This document shows, in pieces, positions 26,701 to 39,231 of a stretch of 64,000 nt of DNA (positions are counted from its first letter, which is position 1; each line of letters begins with the position of its first letter). This stretch comes from Catajapyx aquilonaris (lineage: Eukaryota), in the NCBI GenBank assembly GCA_000934665.2, contig JYFJ02002013.1, positions 1-64,000 on the forward strand, given 5' to 3'. A program made the translations under genes and the position numbers. The notes under the pieces are model-generated. The model was not told the origin of the DNA and searched no databases. It saw only the letters and a program-made list of their open reading frames with translations.

Positions 26701-28056
26701 TAATTATCTCCTGGTTTGCCTCCACCTCCCCAATTTTGGCCATGTAATCAACAATAGCGTCAATCATCTGAGAAGAATATTGGCTCCACCTGAAACAAGA
26801 AAATATTTTATTGTATAATATTATGTTGCAATTGCCTGTATAATATAGTCATCAAGCGCTTTTTTGAAACATTCGCCAAAGTGTAACAATTCATTTGAGA
26901 TTTTCAAGAGAAAGTTTTTCATGGCATAAGCTATTTTAGACTTTTTAGAGAAAACAAAAGTCTTATAAAACTGCTCTGTCCGTGGACAGGTATCAGACAG
27001 ACAGAGCCGTGCTATAAGAATTAATTTTCGACTTTCGGGTCCCTGGTTCACTATCCGCCCCTTCCCCCTGGTTGCCCCCCCCCNTTGCCCCCCCCCCCCA
27101 CCGCTTCTTTCCCCCACCACGCCCTACCCCTGACCGCCCCCTCCCCCCAAATCACCATTTCACCCCTCCCTCCTCCTACCTCATGATACCTCATACCTGT
27201 CCACAGACAGACGGACGGACGGACGGACGGACGGACTGAGCCGTGCTATAAGACTTTTTCGATGGATGAAAAAAGGTATAAAGGATGGGTTAGCTACGAT
27301 AGATTTTTTAAAAAGGGAAAGGGGCGGTCTAGGGGTAGGGGGAGGGGGAAAGGGTCAGTCCACTTTTGGCTGAAAATGAGTTATGGGTGGTACCGTGACG
27401 GACAATAGCAGTAAACATGAAAAAGTCTACTCTAATCACGCTCACGTGATTTTTCCACTCTTATTTAATAACTCACCCAGGTTTTTGTTCAAGGAGACGA
27501 ATCCTTGATTTCATAGCCTTGTTCACATTGCATATGGTAATTCCTGGATATGGGACCTCCCATATTGGTTCCGACACTGACGATACTGTAGTAACGATTG
27601 GTGTTTCCAGGTATCTCTTAAAAATAGGCCGCAAGTAGTAAGCTGATCCTATTGCAGCACATATGCAAAATAATATCCACAACACCCTGAAAGTGAAACC
27701 GCCGCGGCGGCCTGTTTAGTGCAGAGACAATTATTTGCTAGAGCTTGATGGTGAATGGTTGCCTACCTCTCAAATGTCACGTTTGAGTCCATGGTAATGT
27801 ACTTGAATCCATGAAGTGAAGTGTTATCACAATATTCCTTGGCGCACGAGTAAGCAAATTCAGTTTTCGAGGCCTTTTCGCTGGTCTTATTCGTTTCCGA
27901 CAAGACTCTTTGGTTTAGTGTACTCCATGCTAGTCCCTTCACCTGTGCTGAGTGGATAGTAATTGGCCGTTTCGGTGGATTAATAATTCCTGCCCAGTTA
28001 TCGAAGGAAGAAACATCAGTTGCATCACCATATTGATTATGGGGGTAATTGTTCAT
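23788..28056 (-). CDS. DEG/ENaC (pickpocket-like) channel copy 5, intact
   Basis: MNNYPHNQ..NTSLHGFKY; YPGITICN; GFCWVFN; CRLEC..CGCVPY; ASVGGIVGLFIGFS..RHRMLP* (TGA 23790-23788). Intron 4 is GC-AG (AG|GCAAGT, 25939). Confidence 0.9.
26383..26546. mobile_element. PIF/Harbinger-like MITE, intron 3 of copy 5
   Basis: Imperfect TIRs (A)GGCC..GTTTCACC / GGTGAAACAGGTCC with TTA on both flanks. Shared with copy 6. Confidence 0.6.
26880..27460. mobile_element. DINE-1/HINE-like repeat, intron 2 of copy 5 (boundaries approximate)
   Basis: (GGAC)n and (GACA)n microsatellites, duplicated GAGCCGTGCTATAAGA, and C-rich and G-rich inverted segments. The family assignment is by resemblance only. Confidence 0.5.
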
Positions 28057-28721
28057 TTCCCACTTATGCCTTCAGTCTGCTTCAGAACCTGAAAGTGCGA
28101 TTACTGATCTGTGTAAAATAATTGCCGTATCACTTAGGCTATATTCTGCTAGTAAAACATTATAAGGTTTCACTCTAGAAAAATGTAAGTGCTACTAGAC
28201 CATTGCTATACAAGTAGTACAATATTATTACAAAGTCAACTTACTTTTTATGTCCTGATCACGCACTTAAGTAGCATTAAGAAAGTGTAAGTCCGTTATA
28301 ACTCCCCAACCTACACTGTTGGCATTTTACTACTCTGCGTTTGGGATAGTCATAAAATCTTCCCCTTGGGAACATTGCATAACATCTGGTGAGGGGACAA
28401 GTAAATGTATTATAACGCTATTTATGGCTACCACAGCTACAGTCTGGTCACTACAGCACTGGTCTCCGAGAGAACTGATACTAACAGAAACCAAATTCAC
28501 CAAAGCTACCTTTGGTTTACTCTTCTTCACATAATTATGAATACATGAAGAACTAATCGATCGGAGTTACATAAGACTGATTTCCAGCTTTGAGGGTTTG
28601 AAATTTAAAAATAATATTTTTCTTTATTTTTCGAGCAATTATGTTAAATAATGGTAATTTCTCTATCAGATACTTGACTTTACCCTTCGATGCAGGGCCG
28701 GATCGAGAGGGTGGAGGGGGG

Positions 28722-28994
28722 AGTGTCAGTTAACAATGTTCAGTCCATGCTACATATCGTAGTATCTGACAGCATGACTGTATTAGTTATACCATTATTT
28801 TGTTGCTTACCTCCTTTATGAATTTGCTTAGATCATCACCCATCTGTCATCGCTCTTTTGAAATCTTCTTTCAGAACATCATTATTTTGTTGTCGCTTGA
28901 CAAGTCTCCTCCACCTGCCATATTTTCGCCATGTAATCGACAATAGCCTCAATAACATTGGAACTAGAGAATTTTTTCCACCTGAAACAAGTAA
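28722..28994 (-). pseudogene. Orphan decayed exon 3 with flanking intron, copy-7 type
   Basis: Close match to 37872-38118 (copy 7 intron 3, exon 3 and acceptor) with several small indels. No other exons of this type lie nearby. Confidence 0.85.
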
Positions 28995-29396
28995 GGCGCA
29001 AATAATATCCCCCCATACATATATATTTTACGGTGGAAGTTGCTTGGACTTGGCATCCATAATTACTTACATAATATAATTATACTCGTATTCGAGTACT
29101 TGTATAAGTTACATCATATCGTGCACTCCTGCCAAAGTGTATCAACTAAAATTTTTGCTATATTCCTATTGATGAGCTACAAGCATCGACTGTAACTTTT
29201 TAAACCTTATGGCGAAATTTTAGAACCGCCCTGGAAATAGTTGAGTAGCGATCAGAGTAGAGGAGACAATCATTTTATAAATTTCTTTGGCAAAGAGTTT
29301 TCAAAGATGGAAGAAATCGTCTGTTTTTCAACTTGGTGGATATACGAGCATTTTCCAAATAATTGTATTGCTTCGAATTATTCTGTAAGTTGATGT

Positions 29397-31443
29397 TCAA
29401 GGTAGCATTCGGTGACGGAGGGGAGTTACTTTCCTGACTGCATCGCTCTTCGATTTTCTCCATCTGAGCACTGGCCTGATGGTCAGAAAGTAGATGAGCT
29501 CAAGCATGCTGACAAAGCTGAACCCGATAAACAGGCCAACAATACCACCAACGGACGCTGGAATATCAATCACTGATATTAATATTCGTTTAGATTATTA
29601 ATTAATTGAGAGTTCTGTTCAATTTTACCAATGAAGTCGTTTGCGGTGAACGATACATCTGTTTCGTATACTATGTATGTGTCCTGCTTGAAAAACACTC
29701 GAAGAAGAACTAAGTTGCTTCTGAAACATAAAATATATACTCACAAGTCACAAGTGAAATATCAAAGCCATTCATCACGTTTGAATCGCACGATATGGCC
29801 CTTCTCACTTTCCTTTATACGGAGGTGAATAGCCTACTGATAATCACTTAATTATGTATTACTAAACATTCTGCATCTCACCTGTCAATATCCTCTGGCA
29901 CATACTTCAGATCTCCGGGATATTTGGGATATGCGGCCTCGCTCGTCTCGTAACCATACGTTATCATCAGGCAGTTCGGTCTGCAGTCGCAGGTGCTCAT
30001 GCCTGGTATGGTTTCATTCGGATTCATGCTTAAAAACTTGGCTGCAATGAGTATGACCTGTTACATTTTATATTATGAAAATAATATAACCAAATAAGAT
30101 TGCAGCTTCCAGTATCAGAAAATTTCAGTTCCAACGTGCTTTACTGGAGTAGCCCCATGTAATTGCGATTAAATATTCATTATTTTGTGGGAATAAGTCA
30201 GTCACCGGTACATTGTAATATTGATGGTATACTGTATGTGTGTGAGGGATCTGAGAAAAAAAAAACTGTCAAGTCCACTTTTAGGGGGCGTAACACAAAT
30301 ACGTGCAGCAATTATGTATTTTAATGTCATTGGGTATTAATTGCACATTTGCGTATGAATCTGAAATGCAGCAACATAATTATATGGACGTCAAACGTTT
30401 CAGGATTGTACCAGTGAAACGTAAGTAATTATCAGTTTTTGTTCATTTTACGACCAGATTTTCCAAGTGGACTTTGCTGTTTTTGACCTCACAAATCTAT
30501 TTGAATAGGAAGTTTACGTAGCACTTCGCGAGGTTCCCTTGTCAGACCCCTCGTATGTGGAACAAAATCAACAAGCAAGATACTTACTTACATATTTGTT
30601 GATGCATTGTATTCCTGTATAATTGCAGAGCGTTTGATTGCCTGGAAGTACAAAATGACTTGAAGGAAATGCTTGATTCTGTTACCATTATTATTTTAAC
30701 CTAGAGCCAAGGCAATTCAATGACACAGTAATACCACGTAAGAGCTTCAATATAATGCATTATTGGAGATAAATAAAATATTGAATGCGCCTATTAAAAT
30801 TGACAATCATTTGAGAAACTCACGTAGATGCGAATACATGTAAGGAACACAGCCACATGTAGCTCTCATTGAGATCACTGCACACTCCAAACGACAGCGG
30901 CTGTAGGTGTACCTCCGAAAATAAGTCATTTTTCTCTCCCTGGAGCGCAGGCAAACACGATTTGATGCAGGTATGTCATTAATTCTCTCTGTGCTTTTAA
31001 CTTCTCTTGGAGTTACCGCCACATAAACTTCCTTTCCCGATCCTACAATAAATGACTTTGTGGCAATGTATGGAAATGATCGTGGAGAGGTAACCCTCAC
31101 CTGCAACAAGACAACAGTTGCATTCATTGTCATCCTTTTTATTGTCATTTGTCATGCGTTTCTTTGCTACCACCATAACTCTTAATTAAAACTATAGCTC
31201 TTAATCACTAATAATCTTGTAATATACTCTTATACAGTATAATATATTCCACAAGAACACATTATTGAAGCGCAGAAGATTAAGGCCCATGTAACAGTAT
31301 ACCCTGAATCCATGTATATTATTGGAATATGCATAATATTCGTCCACATCAGGGTTCAGCAGGACAGCTAACCCGAAGTGTGGTCCAGCTCCACTTACTT
31401 TCTTGACATCATGTCTGTAATAAAGAAACCATGGAAACAACAG

Positions 31444-31510
<67 letters not shown>

Positions 31511-33596
31511 TGCCCTGCAAGTTTTCAGAGTAAGCCTACTTTCCTGATTGAATCTTGAGAGTTGAACACCCAGCAAAATCCTGCATCTGTTGTCGTAAAT
31601 TTAAAAATCTCGGTACAGTTTACTGGTTGGCTTAACCACCAGCATTGTATAGCCATGCGTTCGATTGGCTGCGTAACCTATGAAATTGAAAAAAAGTCTC
31701 AAATTATCACGTGGCAAGGACAATAACGTGTGAAACCAGCCCTATAGACATGATACTACAAGATTATTTAGTTCTCCATAATTATGAGAAATTAATGAAA
31801 CAAAACTACTCAATTTTAAAATAATTTTAGCATTCAGTAGATTCTGTGCATAACATTCGAGTTGATTTATGGAGATAATGAAACTATAGGTAGGTATTTA
31901 TTTTACATACACTTAGCATGCAAAACCTTGCGTACTTGTCAAGACACTGACAAAATAATATTATGTCGGTTTTGGACTCAGATAAATGGTTTAAGGCCGG
32001 TTTCACCAATCTTAGTATATTATAAATCCGAGTGTCTTTTCGAAAATTCCTCAGTTTTCATTATTGACAACAATGGTTGCTATTGCAATTCTTGTTATAA
32101 CCGATGTTCTAAGAAGAAGTTATTGTACTGTCAGTGAGCTCGGTGAAACAGGCCCTTACACATATGTACCAATGATCGTGTTATTCAGGAATCAAAATTT
32201 CCTTCTTGAAGCTTTTTTTTTGTTTCTTACGTCTCTCATCAATTTGGACAGATTTTGTCCCGATAGCCCTCCAATCGCCCTCTCGAAAGCGTCATGCTGG
32301 ACATTATTAATTATCTCCTGGTTTGCCTCCACCTCCCCAATTTTGGCCATGTAATCAACAATAGCGTCAATCATCTGAGAAGAATATTGGCTCCACCTGA
32401 AACAAGAAAATATTTTATTGTATAATATGATGTTGCAATTGCCTGTATAATATAGTCATCAAGCGCTTTTTGAAACATTCGCCAAAGCTAACAATTCATT
32501 TGGGATTTTCAAAAGAAAGTTTTTCTTTCATATTTGATGGCATAATCTATTTTAGACTTTTTAGAGAAAACAAAAGTCTTATAGAACTGCTCTGTTTGTG
32601 AATGAATAAGAATATTAATTTTCGACTTTCGGGTCCCTGGTTCACTATCCGCCCCTTCCCCCTGGTTGTCCCCTCCCCCAAATCACCATTTCACCCCTCC
32701 CTCCTCCTACCTCATGATACCTCATACCTGTCCACAGCCGGACGGACGGACGGACAGAGCCGTGCTATAAGACATTTTCGATGGATGACAAAAGGTCTAA
32801 AAGATGGGTTAGCTACGATAGATTTTTTAAAAAAGGGAAAGGGGCGGTCTAGGGGTTGGGGGAGGGAGGGGGAAAGGGTCAGCCCACTTTTGGCTGAAAA
32901 TGAGTTATGGGTGGTTTCAGTCCCAGTACCGTGACGGACGTTGGGGGCAATAGCAGTAAACATGAAAAGGTCTACTCTAATCACGCTCGCGTGATTTTTC
33001 CACTCTTATTTAATAACTCACCCAGGTTTTTGTTCAAGGAGACGAATCCTTGATTTCATAGCCTTGTTCACATTGCATATGGTAACTCCTGGATATGGGA
33101 CCTTCCATATTGGTTTCGACACTGACGATACAGTAGTAATGATTGGTGTTTCCATGTATCTCTTAAAAATAGGACGCAAGTAGTAGGCTGATCCTATTGC
33201 AGCACATATGCAAAATAATATCCACAACACCCTGAAAGTGAAACCGGCGGCCTGGTTATTGCAGAGACAGTTATCTGCTAGAGCTAGATGGTGAACGGTA
33301 GACTACCTCTCAGATGTCTCGTTTGAGTCCATGGTAATGTACTTGAATCCATGAAGTGAAGTGTTATCACAATATTCCTTGGCGCACGAGTATGCAAATT
33401 CAATTTTCGAGGCCTTTTTGCGGGTCATATTCGTTTCCGACAAGACTCTTTGGTTTAGGTTACTCCATGTTGGTCCCTTCACCTGTGCTGAGTGCATAGT
33501 AATTGTCCGTTTCGGTGGAGTAATAATTCCTGCCCAGTTATCGAAGGAAGAAACACCAGTTGCATCATCATATTGATTATGCGGGTAATTGTTCAT
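29397..33596 (-). CDS. DEG/ENaC (pickpocket-like) channel copy 6, recent duplicate of copy 5; intron 4 donor reads GA
   Basis: All exons are open and colinear with copy 5, introns included. The intron 4 donor is AG|GAAAGT (31543-31538), so function is uncertain. Confidence 0.75.
31446..31510. repeat. (AAT)n microsatellite, intron 4 of copy 6
   Basis: Directly visible; not expanded in copy 5. Confidence 0.95.
31994..32155. mobile_element. PIF/Harbinger-like MITE, intron 3 of copy 6
   Basis: TTA|AGGCCGGTTTCACC ... GGTGAAACAGGCCC|TTA; counterpart of 26383-26546. Confidence 0.6.
32480..33000. mobile_element. DINE-1/HINE-like repeat, intron 2 of copy 6 (boundaries approximate)
   Basis: Counterpart of 26880-27460 with internal deletions. 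Confidence 0.5.
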
Positions 33597-34218
33597 TTCC
33601 CACTTATGGCTTCAGTCTATAGCTGCTTCAGAACCTGAAAGTGATTATACTGAACTTTATGAAATAATTACCAATCGCTTATATTCAGCTATAGTAAAAC
33701 ATTATAAGTTTTACTATTGGAAAAAGTAAGTGCTACTAGACCGCCATTGCTATACAAGTAGTACAATATTATTACAAAGTAAACTTACTTTTTATGTCCT
33801 GATCACGCACTTGTAGCATTAAGAAAGTGTAAGTCCGTTGTAACTCTCCGACCTACACTGTTGGCATGTTACTAGTGTGCCTCTGGAATAGTCATAAAAT
33901 CTGACCTTCAGTGGGAACATTGCATAACATCTGGTGAGGGGACAAGTAATAAATTATTTATGGCTATCACAGAGCACAGCTACAGTCTGGTCACCACAGC
34001 ACTGGTCACCGAGAGAACTGATGCCAACAGAAACAAAACTCACCATAGCTACCTTTGTTTTACTATTCTTCACATAACTATGAATAGGGCCTACATGAAG
34101 CACTAATTGATCGGAGTTACATAAGACTGATTTCCAGCTTTGAGGGTTTAAAATTTCTTTTAATGTTATTTTTCGAGCGATTATTTTAAATAATTGCAAT
34201 CATATCAGATATTACTTA

Positions 34219-35142
34219 TAGTCCGGGCCTTAAGCGTTTTAACCTTGCACTTTGTGATAAGAAGGTGCCACTTGGCACATATGTTCCTTAGGCCTATATA
34301 GGAGCAATTCCAGAGTTGCAGGCAACAGATCGGTCCCTTAGGTCACGAGTTATGCGGTGTTGCCAACATGGCCGGGGATGACCTGAGCGTTTTTAACGTT
34401 GCATTTTGTGATAAGAAGGTACCGCTTGACGCACATGTTCCCTCGGTCTGCAGGAGTCGTTTGAGAGATGGCGCCACTTGATCGGCTCCTTAGGTCAGGA
34501 GTTATGCGGTGTTGCCAACCTGGACCGGGGCCTAAGCGTTTTTAACAATTTTTAACTGTGCATTTTGGGATTTTGGCAAGCATGTTCCCTAGGCCTAGAT
34601 GTTCTATTTGAGAGTTGGCGGCACCTGATCGGCCCCTCAGGTCACGAGTTATGCGGTTATGCTTAGGTACTGGACCAGGTTAGCAACACCGCATAACTCC
34701 TCTGTCCTCACCTAAGGAGCCGATCACGTGCCGCCATCTCTCAAATGGATCCTACAGCGCTAGGGAACATGTCCGCCAAGTGGCACCTTCTCATCACAAA
34801 GTGCCGAGTCAAAACGCTTAGTTCCCTGATCAGGTTGGCAACACCGCATAACTCCTGACCTAAGGAGCCGATCAATAGCCGCCATCTCTCAAACGACTCC
34901 TACAGACCTAGGGAACATATGTGCCAAGCGGTACCTTCTTATCACAAAATGCGACGTTAAAAACGCTCAGGTCATCCCCGACCATGTTGGCAACACCGCA
35001 TAACTCGTGACTCAAGGGGTCGATCAGTTGCCTGCAACTCTGAAATTGCTCCTATAGGCCTAGGGAACATATGTTCCAAGGGGCACCTACTTATCACAAA
35101 GTGCAAGGTTCGGCCTGATTTTTGCGCTTAGGGCCCGGACTA
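34219..35142. mobile_element. 924-bp foldback element made of 3+3 inverted subrepeats of about 150 bp, TTA target duplication
   Basis: Termini TAGTCCGGGCC(T/C)TAAGCG. TTA at 34216-34218 and 35143-35145. The empty site is visible in the duplicate flank at about 28665-28692. Confidence 0.9.
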
Positions 35143-35993
35143 TTAACTTTAACCTTCGATGACTGCTGTATGCCTAAATTAGTTTGGACCAAATCATGAC
35201 TATGATCGTTCGGAATTTCAGGTTTTCCTGTATGTTTGACTATATTGAATGTTGTGAAGTGATTACGCGCTCTTCTAAAAGGTCAATATTTTTTTGTCAT
35301 GTTACAGATATGTTTTATCGTGGCAAATTGTTGCACGCATGGGTTTAGAACATAACATTAATTATAATTATTATCATGTGATTTTCTTACATACCTATAC
35401 AACAATGACGAGCACATTTTTTTTGAGTGGGGCACAAACTAACCTGTGAATTTCTCTTCCTCTTAGGTAAGTGTCTCGCTGACAATAGTCGTCCCGTACG
35501 AATCCCCACCACAGCACTGGAGAAGTCATTCAACAATTAATGCAAGTACGAGGATTATCAGTTGGCTTTGCCCAGCTTTGCCTGCATACCACTGCTCATT
35601 ATCAGGTGAAGTTGAATCAAGTCACCTTGAATGAATGGATTTTTCCAGACGTATGCAACTTTTGACAGGCTACATTAACCTTTCTTACATACAACATTTT
35701 AGTGAGAAAGTCTTTTGTGCAGTATATTTGTGTCATGCAAGAAGAATAATTAATTCTCCTCAATTTCTGACGGCGCTCACATGAACAACCCGGTAACATA
35801 AGGGATCGTGACCGTGTGTTAGTGCTCTTTCTTTACCTGAAGAAGAGTTAGCATAGCTTTTGTCAAGAGCTTTATTGGGAAACTGGACTCTACACAAAAC
35901 AGTTTGCGGTAATGCGGGTGCTAGGGATATTAATCTACATATGGTTATTGATTGAATATTTTATCATATTTGTTCAGGGAGATCCAGTACATT

Positions 35994-38725
35994 TTAATGA
36001 AGGGCGGGTGATATTTTACTAACAGAATCTCTCTTTGACCTAATCCATCGAAACACTGGCCTAATAGTGAAAAAGTAGAGGAGTTCCAAAACGCTGACAA
36101 AGCTGAATCCGATGAAGAGGCCAACAACACCACCGAATGCAGCTGAAAATAATGTTGTCATAATTATAATCTTGTTAGCAATACCATTCTTACACACAAC
36201 ATGCTTTACGAGATCAATACGTATGTTACCAATGAAGTCGTTTGACGAGAACGTTACTTCTCTTTTATATTGTATAAAGGTTTCCAGTTTGAAGAACACT
36301 CGAAGTAGAAGTAACTTGCTTCTGCAAAACACAAAGTAGCACTATATGCAGCAGGAATAATGCGTAACAATATTCGACTTTCCTCTTATTTCAGTCTTAC
36401 TGGCTATAGGCTATGTTGGACAAGCCTGTGTAAAATGCATTTTGCGTACACAAAATAACGTCTTACTGTATAATTATTCGTATGTATGAAATGATGACAA
36501 GATTATATTCATGTAATACACTGTACCTGTCAATACCTTCCGGTACGTAACCGAGATCTTTGGGAAATTTGGGAAATGTGGCCTCGCTCATCTCGTAGCT
36601 ATATTCGATCATGTCACAAGCAGGTGGGCAGTTGCATTTGTCCATTGATATGACATTTATTAAATCTGATACGTCCTCGTCTGGAGTTACAGTTAAAAAC
36701 TTGGCTGCAATAATAGAAATGCTTTAGGTATGCTGCATTACTCCGGAAAAATTATAACAGAGCGTGAAAAAATTGGTCGGTTTGTAGCCCCAACACTGAA
36801 TAGTTTCATGACCAAAAGTTGGATTATATTATCCCATAGGAGTATGGACGAAGTTTATTGTTAGCAAAAGTACCAATATTGGGAAGAGAAACATGTCTCA
36901 TTTCTTACTGGTGTAGTTGTTGATGCATTCTATTCCTGTGTAATCGCAGAGATTTTGATTGGCTGAAAGGAAATATTCCGTGGTCTTAATAGTTGAGTAT
37001 AACATTAACTTACAACTGGGTGCAGACTGGGTGAAAGTAATGTGCGGATAGTCTATTTGAAAAAGGCGAATTGTGCATTGGACTATGCAATACTGAATTT
37101 AATGTTATAAAATTAAAATAAGGAGACACTCACGCAAGTTAGAATACATGTAAGGGACACAGCCACATGTCTCTCTCATGGATGCCAAGGAACATTCCAA
37201 TCTACAGTTGATGTAATAATATTTTGGAAAGTACTTTAACTTCTTCTCATAATTAAAACGGCAAGCTCGTTTTGATAGAGGCGTTTTCCTAATGTTATCA
37301 GTACTTTCTGTTGCCGTTGGTGTTATTGCCACATATACCTCTTTGCCTGATTCCACTAAAAAGGATTTTGTGGCAACTGATGGAAAGTCTTGAGGGTGGT
37401 GAATCCTCACCTGCAATGAGACAATTTGGTACAAACATGAAGGAGGTAATCACCAAAGCACAGCAATTGAGCAACAATACAAAGGTGTAGCCAAGTTAAA
37501 AATTAACGAAACAATTAATATGCTATACTCTGTATCCTTGTATGTTATTGGAGTACGAATAATATTCCTCCACTTCTGGATTAAGCAGCACTACTAATCC
37601 GACGTTTGGTCCAGCTCCGCTTACTCTTTTTTCAGTGTGTTCAATTTTACTGCAATTAAATCGAGGCAAAATATGATATAACATGTACCCAATGCCCATG
37701 TACCCCATAAAACGTCTTGCCTGTTCAAGGCCACAGAGTTGAATCCCCAACAATATCCTGCGTCAGTTTCCCTAAGTTTGAAAATATCGGAACAGTTTAT
37801 TGATTGGCTTATCCACCAGCATTTAATAGTCATCCGGTCAATCGGCTGCATCACCTAGAGAGAAATGACAAAGTGTCATTTAACAATGTTCAGTCCATGC
37901 TGTATTAGTTATATCATATCATTATTTTGTAGCTTACCTCCTTCATCAATTTGCTTAGATCATCACCCGTCAATTCTGCCATCGCTCTTTTGAAATCTTC
38001 TTTCAGAACATCATTTGTTGTCGCTTGACTAGTCTCCTCCACCTGCCATATTTTCGCCATGTAATCGACAATAGCCTCAATAACATTAGAAGAGAATTTT
38101 TTCCACCTGAAACAAGTAATGAGTAAATCATATATTGCACTCGCTGTATAATGATTATGATGGTGTACTTTGTGCTTCTCAGCATATTATTAAGAACTTA
38201 CTTGGGCTTTTGTTCAAGTGCACGAATCCGACTTCTCAATGCCTTGTTCACATTGCATATTGTAATTCCTGGAAATGGGACGTTCCATATTGGTTCAGAC
38301 ACTGATGCTATTGTGGTAGCTATTGGTGTCTCCATATACCTCTCAAAAATAGGAACTAGGTAGTAAGCCGTTCCTAATGTTCCGGCGATGCAAAATAATA
38401 CCCAGAGTATTCTGAAAACATAACTTGTTCATTGTGAAGCCGAAATAACCAAAATGATCCACGCTAACTTCTTGGTATATTGCTCAAGGGACCGATGGAA
38501 ACCATTCTGAATGACAAGATACCTTTCAAGTTTGAAGCTTTCATCCTTGGAAATATACTTGAATCCATGGAGTGAAGTGTTGTCGCAGTAATCTTTGACG
38601 CACTCGGAAGCAAATACGGATTTGGAGACTTTTTCTGGGGTCGAATCCGTTTGAGACAAGGCCTTTCGCTTTATTGCATTTAACTTCGATCCCGCCCTTG
38701 AGTGCATTGCAGGTTTTATCTTCAT
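35994..38725 (-). CDS. DEG/ENaC (pickpocket-like) channel copy 7, compact
   Basis: Open from MKIKPAMHS (38725) through NTSLHGFKY, FPGITICN, GYCWGFN and CRLEC..CGCVPY to AAFGGVVGLFIGFS..PALH*. Intron 4 is GC-AG (37720). The start is uncertain (alternative ATG at 38814, out of frame by 1 nt). Confidence 0.85.
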
Positions 38726-39178
38726 TGAACTATTTCTTGCCCATTATGCGGATGACCGGGATTATTCCTTTTTTCCAGGCAATTATTTCCTTCAGCGTAT
38801 GAAAGCAAGAACATACCAAGAAGAATATACTGTAAGTGCTTATGCCTATGTTTTTTGAGTTAGAAACAGTTGCTGACGGAATCATTATTACCAACTCGTA
38901 TTTACCAAGTTTTGAAACTCATGTTACTTTTTAGTGGGAAGTACGGCAGGTGAGAAATATTGCCCGTACACAAAATCAACATAAATCTGAAATCTGAAAA
39001 TAATTAGGCCAACTTACGTGCTCAGCTGCATAAAGAAATCAAGTGGGTTATGAAACCCAGCCAACAATATTTGCTGCACCTTTTCCTAGACGCAGATGGG
39101 CCCCCTGTAATGCAACGTGTGGCAATGATTTGCAATATCCGATGTGGCCACTGGCAACGTCTTAGGTCAAAGGTGCGT

Positions 39179-39231
39179 ATTAATAAGGCAGGTAGAATCG
39201 CCTGGGCTACCGAATCTCCACAACACTACCT
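39179..39231. promoter_or_regulatory. Conserved 53-bp block upstream of copy 7
   Basis: 51 of 53 bases identical to 43781-43833, upstream of copy 8. Confidence 0.5.

Larger units (their letters stand above)
23453..35161. repeat. Recent tandem duplication: about 23453-28692 versus about 29054-35161
   Basis: Colinear, high identity across the 3' flank, exons, introns, shared intronic repeats and 5' flank of copies 5 and 6. The second unit has an extra insertion at 34219-35142. Confidence 0.9.

Noticed and set aside
27050..27160. G-quadruplex-like C/G runs
   Set aside because: Low-complexity stretch inside a repeat, containing an ambiguous base (n at 27084); local sequence quality is doubtful.
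34219..35142. Possible CRISPR-like or satellite array
   Set aside because: There are no unique spacers, the units are inverted about a centre and bounded by TIRs and a TSD, and the context is eukaryotic.
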